Positions 36,321 through 48,894 of a stretch of DNA of 64,000 nucleotides are shown here, piece by piece. The DNA is from Mobula hypostoma (taxonomy: Eukaryota). The notes below the pieces were generated by a model. That model saw only the letters and a program-made list of their open reading frames with translations, searched no databases and was not told the origin of the DNA. Both the position numbers and the translations under genes were made by a program. The stretch covers positions 48,052,001-48,116,000 of the forward strand of contig NC_086108.1 of the NCBI RefSeq assembly GCF_963921235.1, read 5' to 3'. Each line of letters begins with the position of its first letter. Position 1 is the first letter of the stretch.

Positions 36321-39300
36321 AGTTTTGGAATTTTTGTTTACACGTGTAAGCTCTGCCACAACGGTTGGCTGGTCTTAGACTCTACTTTAAACAGAGGATA
36401 TTGGGGAGCTATTTTGCTGGAAATGACCATTTATAGTTTCAAATTTCCAAGTTCAATTTTATTATCAAAGTATGTATACCATATACAACCTTGAGATTCA
36501 TCTTCTTGCAGACACTTGTCGAAACAAAAAAAAACAGCAGAATTCATTAAAAAACACACACACAGACTGCCACAGACCTAATTTTCAAAAGATGACAAAT
36601 TGCGCAAATAGTAAAAAAAATTAACAAAAATGCGTGAAACATGAACTGCAGAGTCCACATCCATGAAGCCTGTCCAGGAGTTCGAACTGCTCCTGAAGCT
36701 GGTGAGGTGGAACCCAAGACTCCTGCACCTTCTGCCCAGTGGTAGTGGCATGAAGAAAGGGAGAGTGGTCAAACACAGGCAGACAATGCAACATATCTGT
36801 TCGTTTTCTGCTCATCCTCGACATTTTTAACCTTGCACGTTAATCAGCGTGGCATAGTGAAGCCAGGCACAAGTTAGTCTTCTATCATCAGGCCTGGATG
36901 CAGCATCCACTCCCATCGATGGCTGCCCTAGCATAACCTGCACTTTTGAGAGTCTAGTTCATCGAATCCGCTGGAGGTAAATGGGTCCTTCACTGGAATA
37001 ATTAATGGATTAAGTGCAATATGAAGTGATGCAACATTAACATTTCTGAGATTTGTTTTTCTTTCTAGCTGCAAGTCATTTTCTAGTTTGCTCAAGTTTT
37101 TTGACTGCAGTGGTTGTTTGACCTCATGCAAAAGTGAACTGAATTTATCACCTAAATTAATGGGCAACTTCTTGTGAAATAACTAATAACACACTGGAGA
37201 TATTGATAAGTAGTTAAGATCTTTAATTGAAAGTTTGCTATAGTGCCTTTGACTAAATCCTTGAAACTTTTCTATGCTGAGTGACTCTATTAGTGATGCT
37301 ATTTAGAATTTACTGGTTTATATTTAAGTGTTCATTCTTGAATCACATCTTGGAAACAAATTATTTTCTCCATGAGGTATTGCAAAGTTTCTGATCCTCT
37401 CCATCCAGTTATTTCTGTAACTTTCCCTGTCACGTTTTCTTGACCTTTTCCATTTTTCAGCATGTTTCTCTCAACTGTTCCTTGTGACAAAGTCTACAGT
37501 AAGAGGTTATCCAGAATAGCCTATTTCATTTGTCAGTAACTTTAGTGTGGGCTTGCTTCTATGATGTATGGATTTTATCTCAGGGAACATTTTCTGACCA
37601 TCTTAAGTAGCTGTGTGTATGTGAGCCCTGGGGCAATGCTAGCCCCATTCTGAAGTGTTGGAACTTGAGCCTTGACTGTTATTTAGAGTAAGTAATTAAA
37701 TCTTGCATCATTAAAACTGAACTCGTAGTCACTTGCATTTGATTTGACATTTCTTTTACATTGCAGTTAAGCTTATGGCCAAGGGGGTGGGTTTTGAGGC
37801 AGAGTTTACTACACATCAGGGCAAGGAAAAGTGATCATTACCCCTGTCTGATCCCTCCGAAAAGCACACATCATACCAGGCATCCTGAGAACTTTGCTCA
37901 GACATTGTATGTATGGAGGGTGGGAGAGGGAGGGGATGGAAAATTCTTGGAGATAATCAGAATACAGAAAATACTCAACCATCATGACCTCTTCAGAAGT
38001 CATCATAGCTTGGATGAAAATAGCTTTCTTCTAATTCTTGTTTTCTTTTAAAGTTATTGACTTCTGATGAGAGAAATGGGTCTTTCCTCACTGCTGTAGG
38101 TTTTCTGGAATGATGCATAATCCAATGTAAGAGTCCTTCCCGGACAATAGCTGAGAGTCGAGGCCTTTGCTAACCTTATCCTAATATAGAATTTGTCTTA
38201 TTCCTCACTCCCAAAACACTCTTCTGAGCTCAAAATGAGAGGAAATCACCAGCCAGACAGAAAATAGTTTAGGGATATGCTCAAATTATGAAAGAAATGC
38301 AGTGACTCCTTACAACCTCTAGCTCAAAAAGGAGCAGGAACACTCTTGTGGTGAGGACCTCCGGGCCTTGCATTGGGAGCACATGGAAACTCTGGGTAAG
38401 GAGTGCACTTCGACAAACCCCTCTGACCACCTACTCTGTCAGCCACTTCCTGATCAGCTGTGAAAGAGTCTGCATTCCCCACATTGGTGTCATCAGCTGA
38501 ATGGAAGTAAGTCATCTTTGAGCCCAAGGGAATGCTAAATAGAAAAGATGTTATTCTTCTAAGAATGTATACATGCCAAATAAATTCATCATCCTCTGTC
38601 TAGATCCAGTGTGCCTAACTATTTGTCATAACTAAGGCAGTTCTGACAGCATCTTTCTTTAATTTAGTGTGCAGAATTATACTTGTTATTCTTTAACTCC
38701 TGTGTTGTGAAGTTCTTGCAGATGCCCCTGTCTGGCCAAATAGAACTTGTCTCCTGTTTGTTTTATTAATAACCTTATCTGCCCTACTACATACAGATGA
38801 CCAACCCAATGAATTCTTGGATTCAAGTTAAGTTGACCTTGAGGCCAGTCCCTGTGAAATGCTCAGAAGCTGTCTAGTTTACATCAACTTTATCTGGGAA
38901 CTGGTCTAATGCTTACTTGTCATCCTTGTATAATGGAACCCCAATATCTAGCAGACAGCAAACATTTTTTAATGATCTGTTCTTTTTTACAGTCTGAGCA
39001 GATATGGACTATAATTTATTACACAAGTTTTCAGAAAACTTTAGCCTTCTGTTTATTTTGGGAATGGAGCCTATTTTAATATAGAATTAGGAACATATGT
39101 TGCACATTATGCACTTGATGAAAATAGCAGAATTTTTGTATTTTCAATGTAGTAAAAGTGTGAATTCTTGTTGTCAAATAAATCAGATAACATATTTTAA
39201 TCTAGTGTATTTGTCATCATTAGAGCAAACAAAATTGGCCACAACTAATTGTTCATAACAGTGACTTCAAATGGCAAAGGGACAGCATATTACATCCAAA

Positions 39301-41629
39301 AAATCCTGTTTCCATCAGGTGTAGCTGAATAATGTTGGGCTTAAATTTCATTGATGTCTTCACTCCAACCAGGAAGCCTCACACTTCTTCTAGAGTGTCC
39401 GTATGCTTCATTAATTTAGACAAGCTGCTGCCATTTGCTTGGATTCTTAATGGCAAATTGCCTAATGAAAAAATTACCCTTGTGCCAGTTACTAAACTAA
39501 GAGTGGCCTGTTGGTAACTCCATTTCCAGGAAATGAAAGAAGAATGAGTCTGAAGACTGCTTGTGAAAGTTAATTTGTGGGAGCATCTCTGAACGCCTGG
39601 CTTGTTAAGTAGCACAACTGAATTAGAAAAATGAAGAAAATATCACCTTTTTTTGGTTTGAAGTATGTATTTTTCCTCTGGTTTTATAGATTTCAGGATA
39701 GACAGTGGCTAAGGAATGCCACATTACATCTTGGGTGCTCATTCATTCAGGATTCTTGTCAGCCTTCCACTTGAGCATCTTAAGAAAAGATTTTCACTTC
39801 CATTGCTTTATCTAGAAGTTCATAGGTACCAACGTGGCTAAGAAAATTAGAATTAGATGCAAGATTCAGAATTTGGTGGAGCACACATTCACTTATCCTT
39901 CGATATGAAACTGCAAGCAAACATGAAGGGCTCAGTGTTATTATTTTAGGCAGCATTAACTGTAAGAATTTTTAAAAATAAGCTATAATGACTTGCACCC
40001 ATTTCACAAATTATTTTTTGTGAATGTGAAGTGGATTGAACTTGTCTGTAATAAATCTCCTTTTGTTCTAAAATAATGTGATTTGAGTAGTTTCCTGCTG
40101 ATATGATCATCTTGCTTTTGCAGTTTCATAGTCCATTTTATTTGTGTCAAATGGAAATTAAAACTGTAACACTACTAAGTACATCTTCAATTCTCTTGTC
40201 TGATTTCACATCATATCATCTGTATTTACTTGATATCCTCTGTCAATTCTTTACCTGTTCTGAGATTATCTTGCATATAATTTGGAACATAGTAGACTTG
40301 TGGTACTTAAATGTCTCTTGAAGCTCAGACACATGCCATGTCAGAAATTACTCAATTACCTTTGGATTGCCACTTTGGAAGTTGCGAATCTTATTTGGGA
40401 ATAATTTTGAAATCCAGGTTGATTACTTTTTATTAGGTTAATGTACAGGTAATTCTCAAGTTTACTCCTGAAGAGCAGTTCCCACTTCTCACAGAATGGA
40501 AGATTAATGAATTGAGAATTCCTGTGTATTTTTTTTTGTCCCTCTTGGAATGTGACATGAATTGACTCGTTTTCAGTATCTACTTGTTCTACAAATCTAT
40601 CTTCTGCCATCATAACAATATGGTATTAATTGAAATTTCATGGCTCAGGCTCTCGACCTTAACTCCTTCCTGCCATGCTTGTAATACAGAAGTTGATTGC
40701 CAATATCTCCAAACATCAACTTCCTATGTCAGGAATTTGTGGTATTATCAACTATTTCATCTTGTTTGTTCTAAGATCTTGTTGTCCGCATAAGATTATT
40801 TCAGTCATTAACTTTAAGGAGTACGTTGGAAATATTAATTACACTTGATTGTTGAAACCTGACTTGGCTCTATTTAAGACCTAAAGTCAGTAATACAGCA
40901 CAGATGGCTAATTGGGTTATTATTGTCACATGTACTGAGGTACACTGGAAAAACATGTCCAGCATTCTGTCCATCCTGAGGTAGTACAAGGTAAAAATAA
41001 CAAAATCCAGAATAAGTGTTACAGTTACAGAAATGCAGTACAGGCAAACAATAATGTGCAAAGCCACAATGAGGTAGATTATGAGGTCACGAGTCCATCT
41101 TATCGTACTAGGGGATGCTTTAGCATTTTTTAAAAACAGTTTGGAAACTGTCCTTGAACCCGGTGGTACGTACTTTTTGGCTTTGTGTCTTTTGCAGCGT
41201 TCTTAGGCTTTTTCAGTCAGTGGGGGTGAGACTGGTGACTATGATGTGCTTCCACAATTTTCTGCGGTTTCTTGTAGTCATGGGCAAAGTAGTTACTATG
41301 ATAAGCTGTGCTGCATCTCAGTAGGATCAATTTAAAAATTGCTGGGGTCAAATGGGACATGGTTGATTTCTTTAGCCTACTGAGGAAGCAGAGACCTTGA
41401 TAAACTTTCTTGGCTGTAGCATTAATGAGGATGGTCCAGGACAAGCTACTGGTGATGCTCACTCCTAGGAACTTAAAACTGTTGACACTATCAACTTCAG
41501 TGCCATTGATGTAAACAGGATGAAGTGCAGTGTCCTCCTCCCCTTTTTGAAATTATCAGGCAGATGATAGGGCAAAATTGCAGTCAGTGGGAGTTGCCGT
41601 GCATCATAGGGAAAAAATCTAAAAGGGTG

Positions 41630-43080
41630 ATGAATGCAGGACTGAAGGAGTTATAATTGAATTCACACACTGTATGGAATAAAGTAGAAAATCTTCTAGT
41701 GTAGTTAGAGAGTGGTAGATGTGAGAGCATCGCTGGGTCATGGCTGAAAGAAGATCATAGTTGGGAGCTTAACATCCAAGGAGACACATTGTATCAAAAG
41801 GATGGGCAGGATCTGGTCAAAAAAATGAAATCAAATCCTTGTAAAGAGCTGATAATAGGATTGTAAGATGTAGAATCCTTGTGGGTAGAGTTAGGAAACT
41901 GCAAAGGTAAAAAGACCCTGATGGGAGTTATATACAGGGCTTAGAAAAGTAGCCAGGATGTGGGCTACGAATTACAATAGGCGAGAGAAAACGACTGTCA
42001 AAAGTGCAAAGTTATGATATTCATGGGGGATTACAATATGCAGGTAGACTGGGAAAATCAGCTTGGTGCCTCATTTGAGAGAGAATTTGTAAAACACCTA
42101 CGATGGCTTTTTAGATCTGCTTATGGTTGAGCCCACTAGGGGAATGGCAATTCTGGATTGGGTGTTGCATAATGAACCAGATATGATTAGAGAGTTTAAG
42201 GTAAAGGAACCCTTAGGAAACAGTGATCATAATATGATATACTTCATCCTGCAACTTGAGAGGGAGAAGCTAAAGTCAGATATATCACAATCACAGTGGA
42301 ATAAAGGGAATATAGAGGCGTGAGAGAGGAACTGGACAAAGTTGATTGAAGGGGACAGTAGCGGGGATGATGGCAGACAGCAATGGCTGGAGTGATTGGG
42401 AGCAATTCAGAAGGCACAGGATAGATGCATCCCAAAGAAGAAGTAATATTCTAAAGACAGAATGATGCAACTGTAGCTGCCAAGGGAAGTCAAAAACAAC
42501 ATAAGAGCAAAAGAGGGGGCATACAATAGAGCAAAAATTAGTGGGAAGTTAGAGGATTGGGAAGCTTTTGAAAAACCAACAGAAGGCAACTAAAAAAACT
42601 GTAATGATGGAAAAGAGGAAATACAAAAGTAAGTTAGCCATTCATATCAAAGAGAATACCAGAAGTGTTTTTTTCAGATATATAAAGAGTAAAAGAGAGG
42701 TGAGAGTAGATATTGCTGTAAAATTACACTGAAGAGGTAGTAATAGGGGTCATGAAAATGCTGAATGAAATAAATATGTATTTTGTATCTGTCTTCACTG
42801 TGGAAGACACTAGCAGTATGCTGGAAGCTCAAGGGAATCAGGGGCAGAAGTGTGTGCAATTGTTATTACTATGGAGAAGGTGCCTAGGAAGCTGAAAGGT
42901 CTAAAGGTGGATAACTCGGATGGACCACACCTCAGGGTTCTGAAAGATGTGGCATGCAGATTGTGGAGGCATTGGTAACGATGCTTCAAGAAACACTAGG
43001 TTCTGGCATGGTTCTGGAGGACAGGAAAATGGAAAATGTCACTCCACTCTTCAAGAAGGGAGGGAGGCAGAAGAAAGGAA
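41630..43080 (+). mobile_element. Degenerate CR1 ORF2 5' half
   Basis: VEPTRGMAILDWVL..KEPLGNSDHNMI; many stops. Confidence 0.75.
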
Positions 43081-43084
43081 ATTA

Positions 43085-43502
43085 TAAATAACGGATGGGG
43101 TACGAGGGGGAGGTGGGGCATTAGATCCGTTATTTATTTATATACACACATTCTTTTTTTCTCTCTCCTTTTTTTGTCCCTCTCACTATACCCCTTGCCC
43201 ATCCTCTGGGCTTTTTTTTTACCCCCGTCTCCCTTTTCTTTCTCCCTGGGCCTCCTGTCTCATGATCCTTCCATATCCCCTTTGCCAATCACCTGTCCAG
43301 CTCTTGGCTCCATCCCTCCCCCTCCTGTCTTCTCCTATCATTTTGGATCTCCCTTCCCCCTCCCACTTTCAAAGCTCTTACTAGCTCTTCTTTCAGTTAG
43401 TCCTGGTGAAGGGTCTCGGCCCAAAACGTCGACTGTACCTCTTCCTAGAGATGCTGCCTGGCCTGCTGTGTTCACCAGCAATTTTTATGTGTGTTGCTTG
43501 AA
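43085..43502 (+). mobile_element. Penelope terminal-repeat fragment with a short inverted 5' piece
   Basis: Homologous to the reverse complement of ~2230-2625. 43085-43122 is in the opposite orientation (aaataacggat ... atccgttattt). Confidence 0.85.
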
Positions 43503-44143
43503 TAAGAAGCTGCTCCTTGGTTACCCTTTAGCTTGCAAAGCACATGGAAGATGAACCATCATTTGCTGCAGTGTTTCCAACATTATGTAATTGTTTCAAA
43601 AATATGGACAGATTATAGTTTATTTTTTGTGTAAGCGTGCATAAAAAGTTAGATTACAAATCCAAATAGGCATTTGACAAGGACTTCCATGGCTGACCCA
43701 GAAGATTAAGAAGCAATAGACCTATAATGACTTGGTCATTTGGATTTGGAATCAGCTTGCTCATCGATGACAAGGTGATGGTGCAAGTGTAGTGTGTTAT
43801 TGTGGCTGGAGATCGGTGACCAGCTGTGTTCTGCTGGGTTCAGTACTGGGATCCTCTGTTGCTTGCTATGGATATAAATGATCTTGAAGAAAATGTTGTT
43901 GGATGATTAATGTTTGCAGATGACACGATTGGTGGAGATACAGGCAGTGAAGAAGGTTTCAAAGGTTACCACATGATTATAGATCAGTTACGGACATGTG
44001 CTGAGAAAGAGCAGATGGAATTTAATCCGAGCAAATGGGACAAGGGAAAATATACAGTTAATGGCAGGATTCCCGACAGCATTGATGTTCAGAGGAATTG
44101 AAATCCAACACTAAGACTGACACTAATACTAATACAACAAGAT

Positions 44144-45199
44144 GGGGCACCATGGTGGTGTAGCGGTTAACACAGCGCCATTACAGCTCAGGGTGTTTCG
44201 GAGCTCAGTTCCGTTGCCACCTGTGAGGAGTCTGTACATTCTCCCCAAGGAATGTGTGAGTTTTCCCTGAGGAAGGTGTGAGTTTTCCCTGAGGAAGGTG
44301 TGAGTTTTTCCCGAGGAATGTGTGAGTTTTCCCCGAGGAATGTGTGAGTTTTCCCCGAGGAATGTGTGAGTTTTCCCCGAGGAAGGTGTGAGTTTTCCCC
44401 GAGGAAGGTGTGAGTTTTCCCCGAGGAAGCTGTGAGTTTTCCCCGAGGACGGTGTGAGTTTTCCCCGAGGAGGGTGTGAGTTCTCCCTGAGGAACGTGTG
44501 AGTTCTCCGTGAGGAATGTGTGAGTTTTCCCCGAGGAAGGTGTGAGTTTTCCCCGAGGAAGGTGTGAGTTCTCCGTGAGGAATGTGTGAGTTCTCCGTGA
44601 GGAATGTGTGAGTTCTCCGTGAGGAAGGTGTGAGTTCTCTGTGAGGAAGGTGTGAGTTTTCCCCGAGGAAGGTGTGAGTTTTCCCCGAGGAGGGTGTGAG
44701 TTTTCCCCGAGGAAGGTGTGAGTTTTCCCCGAGGAATGTGTGAGTTTTCCCCGAGGTGGGTGTGAGTCTTCCCCGAGGAATGTGTGGGTCTTCCCCGAGG
44801 AAGGTGTGAGTTTTCCCCGAGGAGGGTGTGAGTTTTCCCCGAGGAAGGTGTGAGTTTTCCCCGAGGAAGCTGTGAGTCTTCCCCGAGGAAGCTGTGAGTC
44901 TTCCCCGAGGAATGTGTGAGTCTTCCCCGAGGAATGTGTGAGTCTTCCCCGAGGAAGGTGTGAGTCTTCCCCGAGGAAGCTGTGAGTTTTCCCTGAGGAA
45001 GGTGTAAGTTTTCCCTGAGGAAGGTGTGAGTTTTCCCTGACTGCTCCGGCTTCCTCCCATAGCCCAAAGACCTATTGGGTAGGTTAATTGTTCATTGTAA
45101 ATTGTCTCGTGATTAGGCTAGGGTTAATCAGGTTTGTCGGGGGTGGCATGGCTCAAAGGGCCAAGAGAGCCTACAGTGCTGTATTACTAAATAAAATAA
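44144..45199 (+). mobile_element. tRNA-derived V-SINE-like element containing an expanded minisatellite
   Basis: tRNA-like head (ggtggtgtagcggtt), V-domain halves tgtacattctcccc...tgctccggcttcctcccat, and a LINE-like tail ending aaataaaataaa. Confidence 0.75.
44241..45040. repeat. Minisatellite, 21-23-bp unit (GAGGAAGGTGTGAGTTTTCCCC and variants), about 35 copies
   Basis: Directly visible tandem array. Confidence 0.97.
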
Positions 45200-46191
45200 A
45201 ACACAAGGTGGTAGGGTGGTAAAGAAAGCACAGCCATGCTAGACAGAGTAGATGTGGAAATTGTGGGGGAGTCCACAACAAGAGGGCACAGCTTTGGGAT
45301 AAAGGGGAGTCCATTTAAAAAGGGATGCAGAGAAATTTCTTTAGCCAGAGGGTGGCTCATTTGTGGAATTGTGGAAGCCAGGTTGTTGAGTGTACTTAAG
45401 GCAGAGCTTGATATGTTCTTGATTGGACACAGCATCAAAGGTTATGGGGAGAAGGCCGGAGAGTGGGGCTGAGGAGGGTAGGGGGAGAAAGAGGGATCAG
45501 CCAGGATTGAATGGCAGAGCAGACTCAATGTGCCAAATGGCTCAGTTCTGCTCCTGTGTCTTATGGTCTTACCTTAATGATCAGGGTGCTGAGTGTAAGA
45601 ATCAGGAAGTCCATTAAAATTTAGTTCAGCCCCACTTGGAGTATCGTGTGCATTTCTGGTTGCCCCATTACAGGAATGATCTGGAAGCTTTGTATGTGGT
45701 ACAAGAGAGGTTTACCAGGATGCTGCCTCAATTAGAGGGGATGAGCTGTAAAGTGAAATTGGATAAACTTGTTTTCTCTGGAGTGTCAGAGAAAACGAGG
45801 AATCGGTACATCCTCCTTGTTTTAAATTAAATGATAAGAGGTACAGATAGGATAGAGCCAGAATCTTATTCCTGGGTAGAAATGTCAAATGTGGAGGACA
45901 TGCATTTAAGGTGAGAGATGGAAAATTTAAGGGAGATGTGTGAAGTGAGTTTTCACAGAGTGTGGTAAGTATCTGAAAGGGACTCCAAGCATAGATGCAA
46001 TAGTGACATTTTAACAGGTTTTAAGGTAAGTAGACAAATATACAGGGAATGGGGAAATATGGATCATTTGCAGGCAGAAGAGATTTAGTTTAATTTGGCA
46101 TCATGTTTAGCACAGATGTCTTATGTTGAAGGGCTTGTTCCTATACTGTACTGTTCTATATTCTCCTAGTTTGGTTTAACCAAGCAGAGTT

Positions 46192-46828
46192 CACTGCCAA
46201 GAAGGCCCACCAGCGCCTTTACTTCCTGAGAAAACGAAAGAAATTTGGCCTGTTCCCTAAAACCCTCACTAATTTTTATAGATGCACCGTAGAAAGCATT
46301 CTCCTACGGTGCATCACAACCTGGTATGGAAGTTGTCCTGTCCAAGACCGAAAGAAGCTGCAGAAGATCGTGAACATGGTGCAGCACATCACACAAACCA
46401 ATCTTCCGTCCTTGGACTCACTTTACACCGCATGCTGTCGGAGCAGTGCTGCCAGAATAATCAAGGACATGACCCACTCAGCCAACACACTTTTCGTCCC
46501 TCTTCCCTCCGGGAGAAGGCTCAGGAGCTTGAAGTCTCATACGGCCAGATTTGGGAACAGCTTCTTTCCAACTGTGATAAGACTGCTGAACGGATCCTGA
46601 CCCGGATCTGGGCTGTACCCTCCAAATATCCAGACCTGCCTCTTGGTTTTTTTGCATTACCTTACTTTCCAGTTTTCTATTTTCCATTTATGATTTATAA
46701 TTTAAATTTTTAATATTTGCTATCGATTTGTAATCCAGGGAGCGGGAAGCGGAGAATCAAATATCGCTGTGATGGTTGTACGTTCTAGTATCAATTGTTT
46801 GGCGACAATAAAGTATAAAGTATAAAGT
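46192..46828 (+). mobile_element. Rex1/Babar-type LINE 3' fragment
   Basis: KKAHQRLYFLRK..TNFYRCTVESIL..LPSGRRLRS..NSFFPTVIRLLN, then a 3' UTR and (AAAGTAT)n tail. Confidence 0.8.
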
Positions 46829-47539
46829 AATTCTGCTTTACTTAGCTGTTCTGCTTTGTATTTGACATGTTGAAGACAGTCATAGTTGTTCAAATCATGA
46901 ATGAAATCCCTATTCTACTGATTATTGGTTTGAAGTTGTATTTCACCATCCATATAAAGTCTGATATGTGAAGGAGCATTTATGAAGATGGTGAATCATT
47001 TTAACTGGGAGTGGAAGGAGAGTGAACAATGTAGGACCTTCCTGATGCAATCCCTCCTGAGGTCCTTTGTTTCCTTTTTGCATCACATTGGCTGCCCTCC
47101 AAAATGTTAGGTAGAAGCACCTTGTCAGAAACGTGTTAATGCTGTGGGATATCTTTTTATTAAGACTAGATTTGGGATTGGCAAGGGAGATTTGGGATAT
47201 TATTAGGTGCAATTGTGATCACTTAATAAAGCAGAAATTGGGTTAGTAGTATTCCCTGGAGGAACGCATAACACATTTCTTGCACTGTTAAAGACTTTTC
47301 TCTGCTTTCTTGCTTGAGGGTTTCCTTCACACCAGGTTTTTATTTGCATGTCACTTGTAGATGCAATTGCTTGTCTTAGTCAACGTTTAAACACTTCCTA
47401 GATTCTCATGACACTCATGGTATTTAAAATTATTTGATTTCCACTGGGAAGACAGGAATTAAAATCCCACAGCTAGTTAGCTAGGTAGTGAAGGTTTGAT
47501 TTGTGAACCATTCAGTCATTTAAAAATAAAGTTTTAGGG

Positions 47540-47622
47540 CAGGGGTTCCCAATTTCTTTTTAAATGCCATGGACCAATATCATTAAGCAGGTGGTCTGTG
47601 AACCCCAGGTTGGGAACCCCTG
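47540..47622. mobile_element. 83-bp hAT MITE
   Basis: TIRs CAGGGGTTCCCAA / TTGGGAACCCCTG; 8-bp TSD ttttaggg / ttttagga. Confidence 0.85.
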
Positions 47623-48657
47623 TTTTAGGATATGAGGTGGAGAAAGAAGTCTCCAATGAATGTTAGTGAGATTAAAAGTGATTCCCACCTTTTATCTTTT
47701 CCTGAAATCTGGCCATGTAGCGATTAAATTGGATATGGAAGGTATAAAGCTGCTTACAGCCCCCCCGCCCCCGCTTCATACTGACCCATATGTGAGGTGT
47801 CATTCAGAACAGGCTGTGCTTTCTCTGCATGAGACTAATTCAATCATTCTACCGACAAATTTCTCTCAGGTCTCAGGAAGCCTTTATTCAATAAAAGTAC
47901 CTAATAAAATTGCAAACATGAGCACTTCAATTTCCTGATTAGTGTGAAACATGATGTAGTGAGTCTCTCCATTCAGGAGAAAGTTAAAAGGTCAGATGGC
48001 TAGTTGATATTGATAAATGAGCTTGTGGAAAAGCCCGTACAAAATTAAAAATGTTTTCACCTCAGCTGACCCCCGTAATCAGTGCTGCAAAACATCAATT
48101 AGACATTTTCAATAAGAAAGGCTGAAGATTGAGAGGATCAGAAAATTATTTTTGTGGCTGTTCAAAATTTCATACTCCAAGAAAAATATCTGTAAAACAA
48201 ATATCTTGCAGCATTGTGAAGATTATTTTTTTGAATGTCTGGAGTTATCTAATATTTATCATTTGGAATAGTTTCCAAATTTCTGAACATGTGGTTGCTG
48301 TCTTAAATACTTTTCCTTTCACATATCAATATACAATTGAAATAGATGAACTCTGTTATTTTGTGAGAGCAGTGTGTACTTCCTGTAATTGCCATCAGTC
48401 TGTTCAGTTGTATTTTTTAGGTTGGCAAGCAACAATTAGTTACAATCTGCAGTGCTGTATGTGAAATACTGTTGAGAAGCAGATGAGCTAGAGAGCTATG
48501 AGTCAACCCTTGTTAGGGGGTTGGAGGTGGAGAGTATCAGTAACTTTAAATTCCTATCATATCAGAAGATCTGGGACCAGCACCTAAGAGTCTTCACAAA
48601 GATGGCATGACAGCACTTCTTTTTTCCTAGAGGTTTGTGCAGATTCAGTATGTTGAA

Positions 48658-48894
48658 GGGGAGGCACGGTAGCGGAGTGTCTAGTGCAACGCTATTATAA
48701 TGCCAATTTCCTCTGCTGCCTGCAAGGAGTTTGCACATTCTCGCTGTGACTATGTGGATTTCCTCTGGGTGATCCCGGTTTCTTCCCACAGTCCAGAGAT
48801 GTACGGGTTAGTGGGATCATTGGCCAGGCGGATGTAATTGAGCTTGTTCGGCCAGAAAGGCCTGTCACTATACTGTATCTCTAAAATAAAATAA
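48658..48894 (+). mobile_element. V-SINE-like element inserted in an old Rex1 fragment (~48520-49460)
   Basis: ggagtttgcacattctc..tgtggatttcctctgggtgatcccggtttcttcccaca V-domain and an aaataaaataa tail. Confidence 0.7.

Noticed and set aside
44144..44225. tRNA gene
   Set aside because: A degenerate SINE head; no complete cloverleaf visible.
44241..45040. CRISPR-like array
   Set aside because: Contiguous tandem units without unique spacers, no cas genes, and a vertebrate context.
44129..45067. 312-aa and 290-aa repetitive ORFs
   Set aside because: By-products of a stop-free minisatellite strand; no gene structure.
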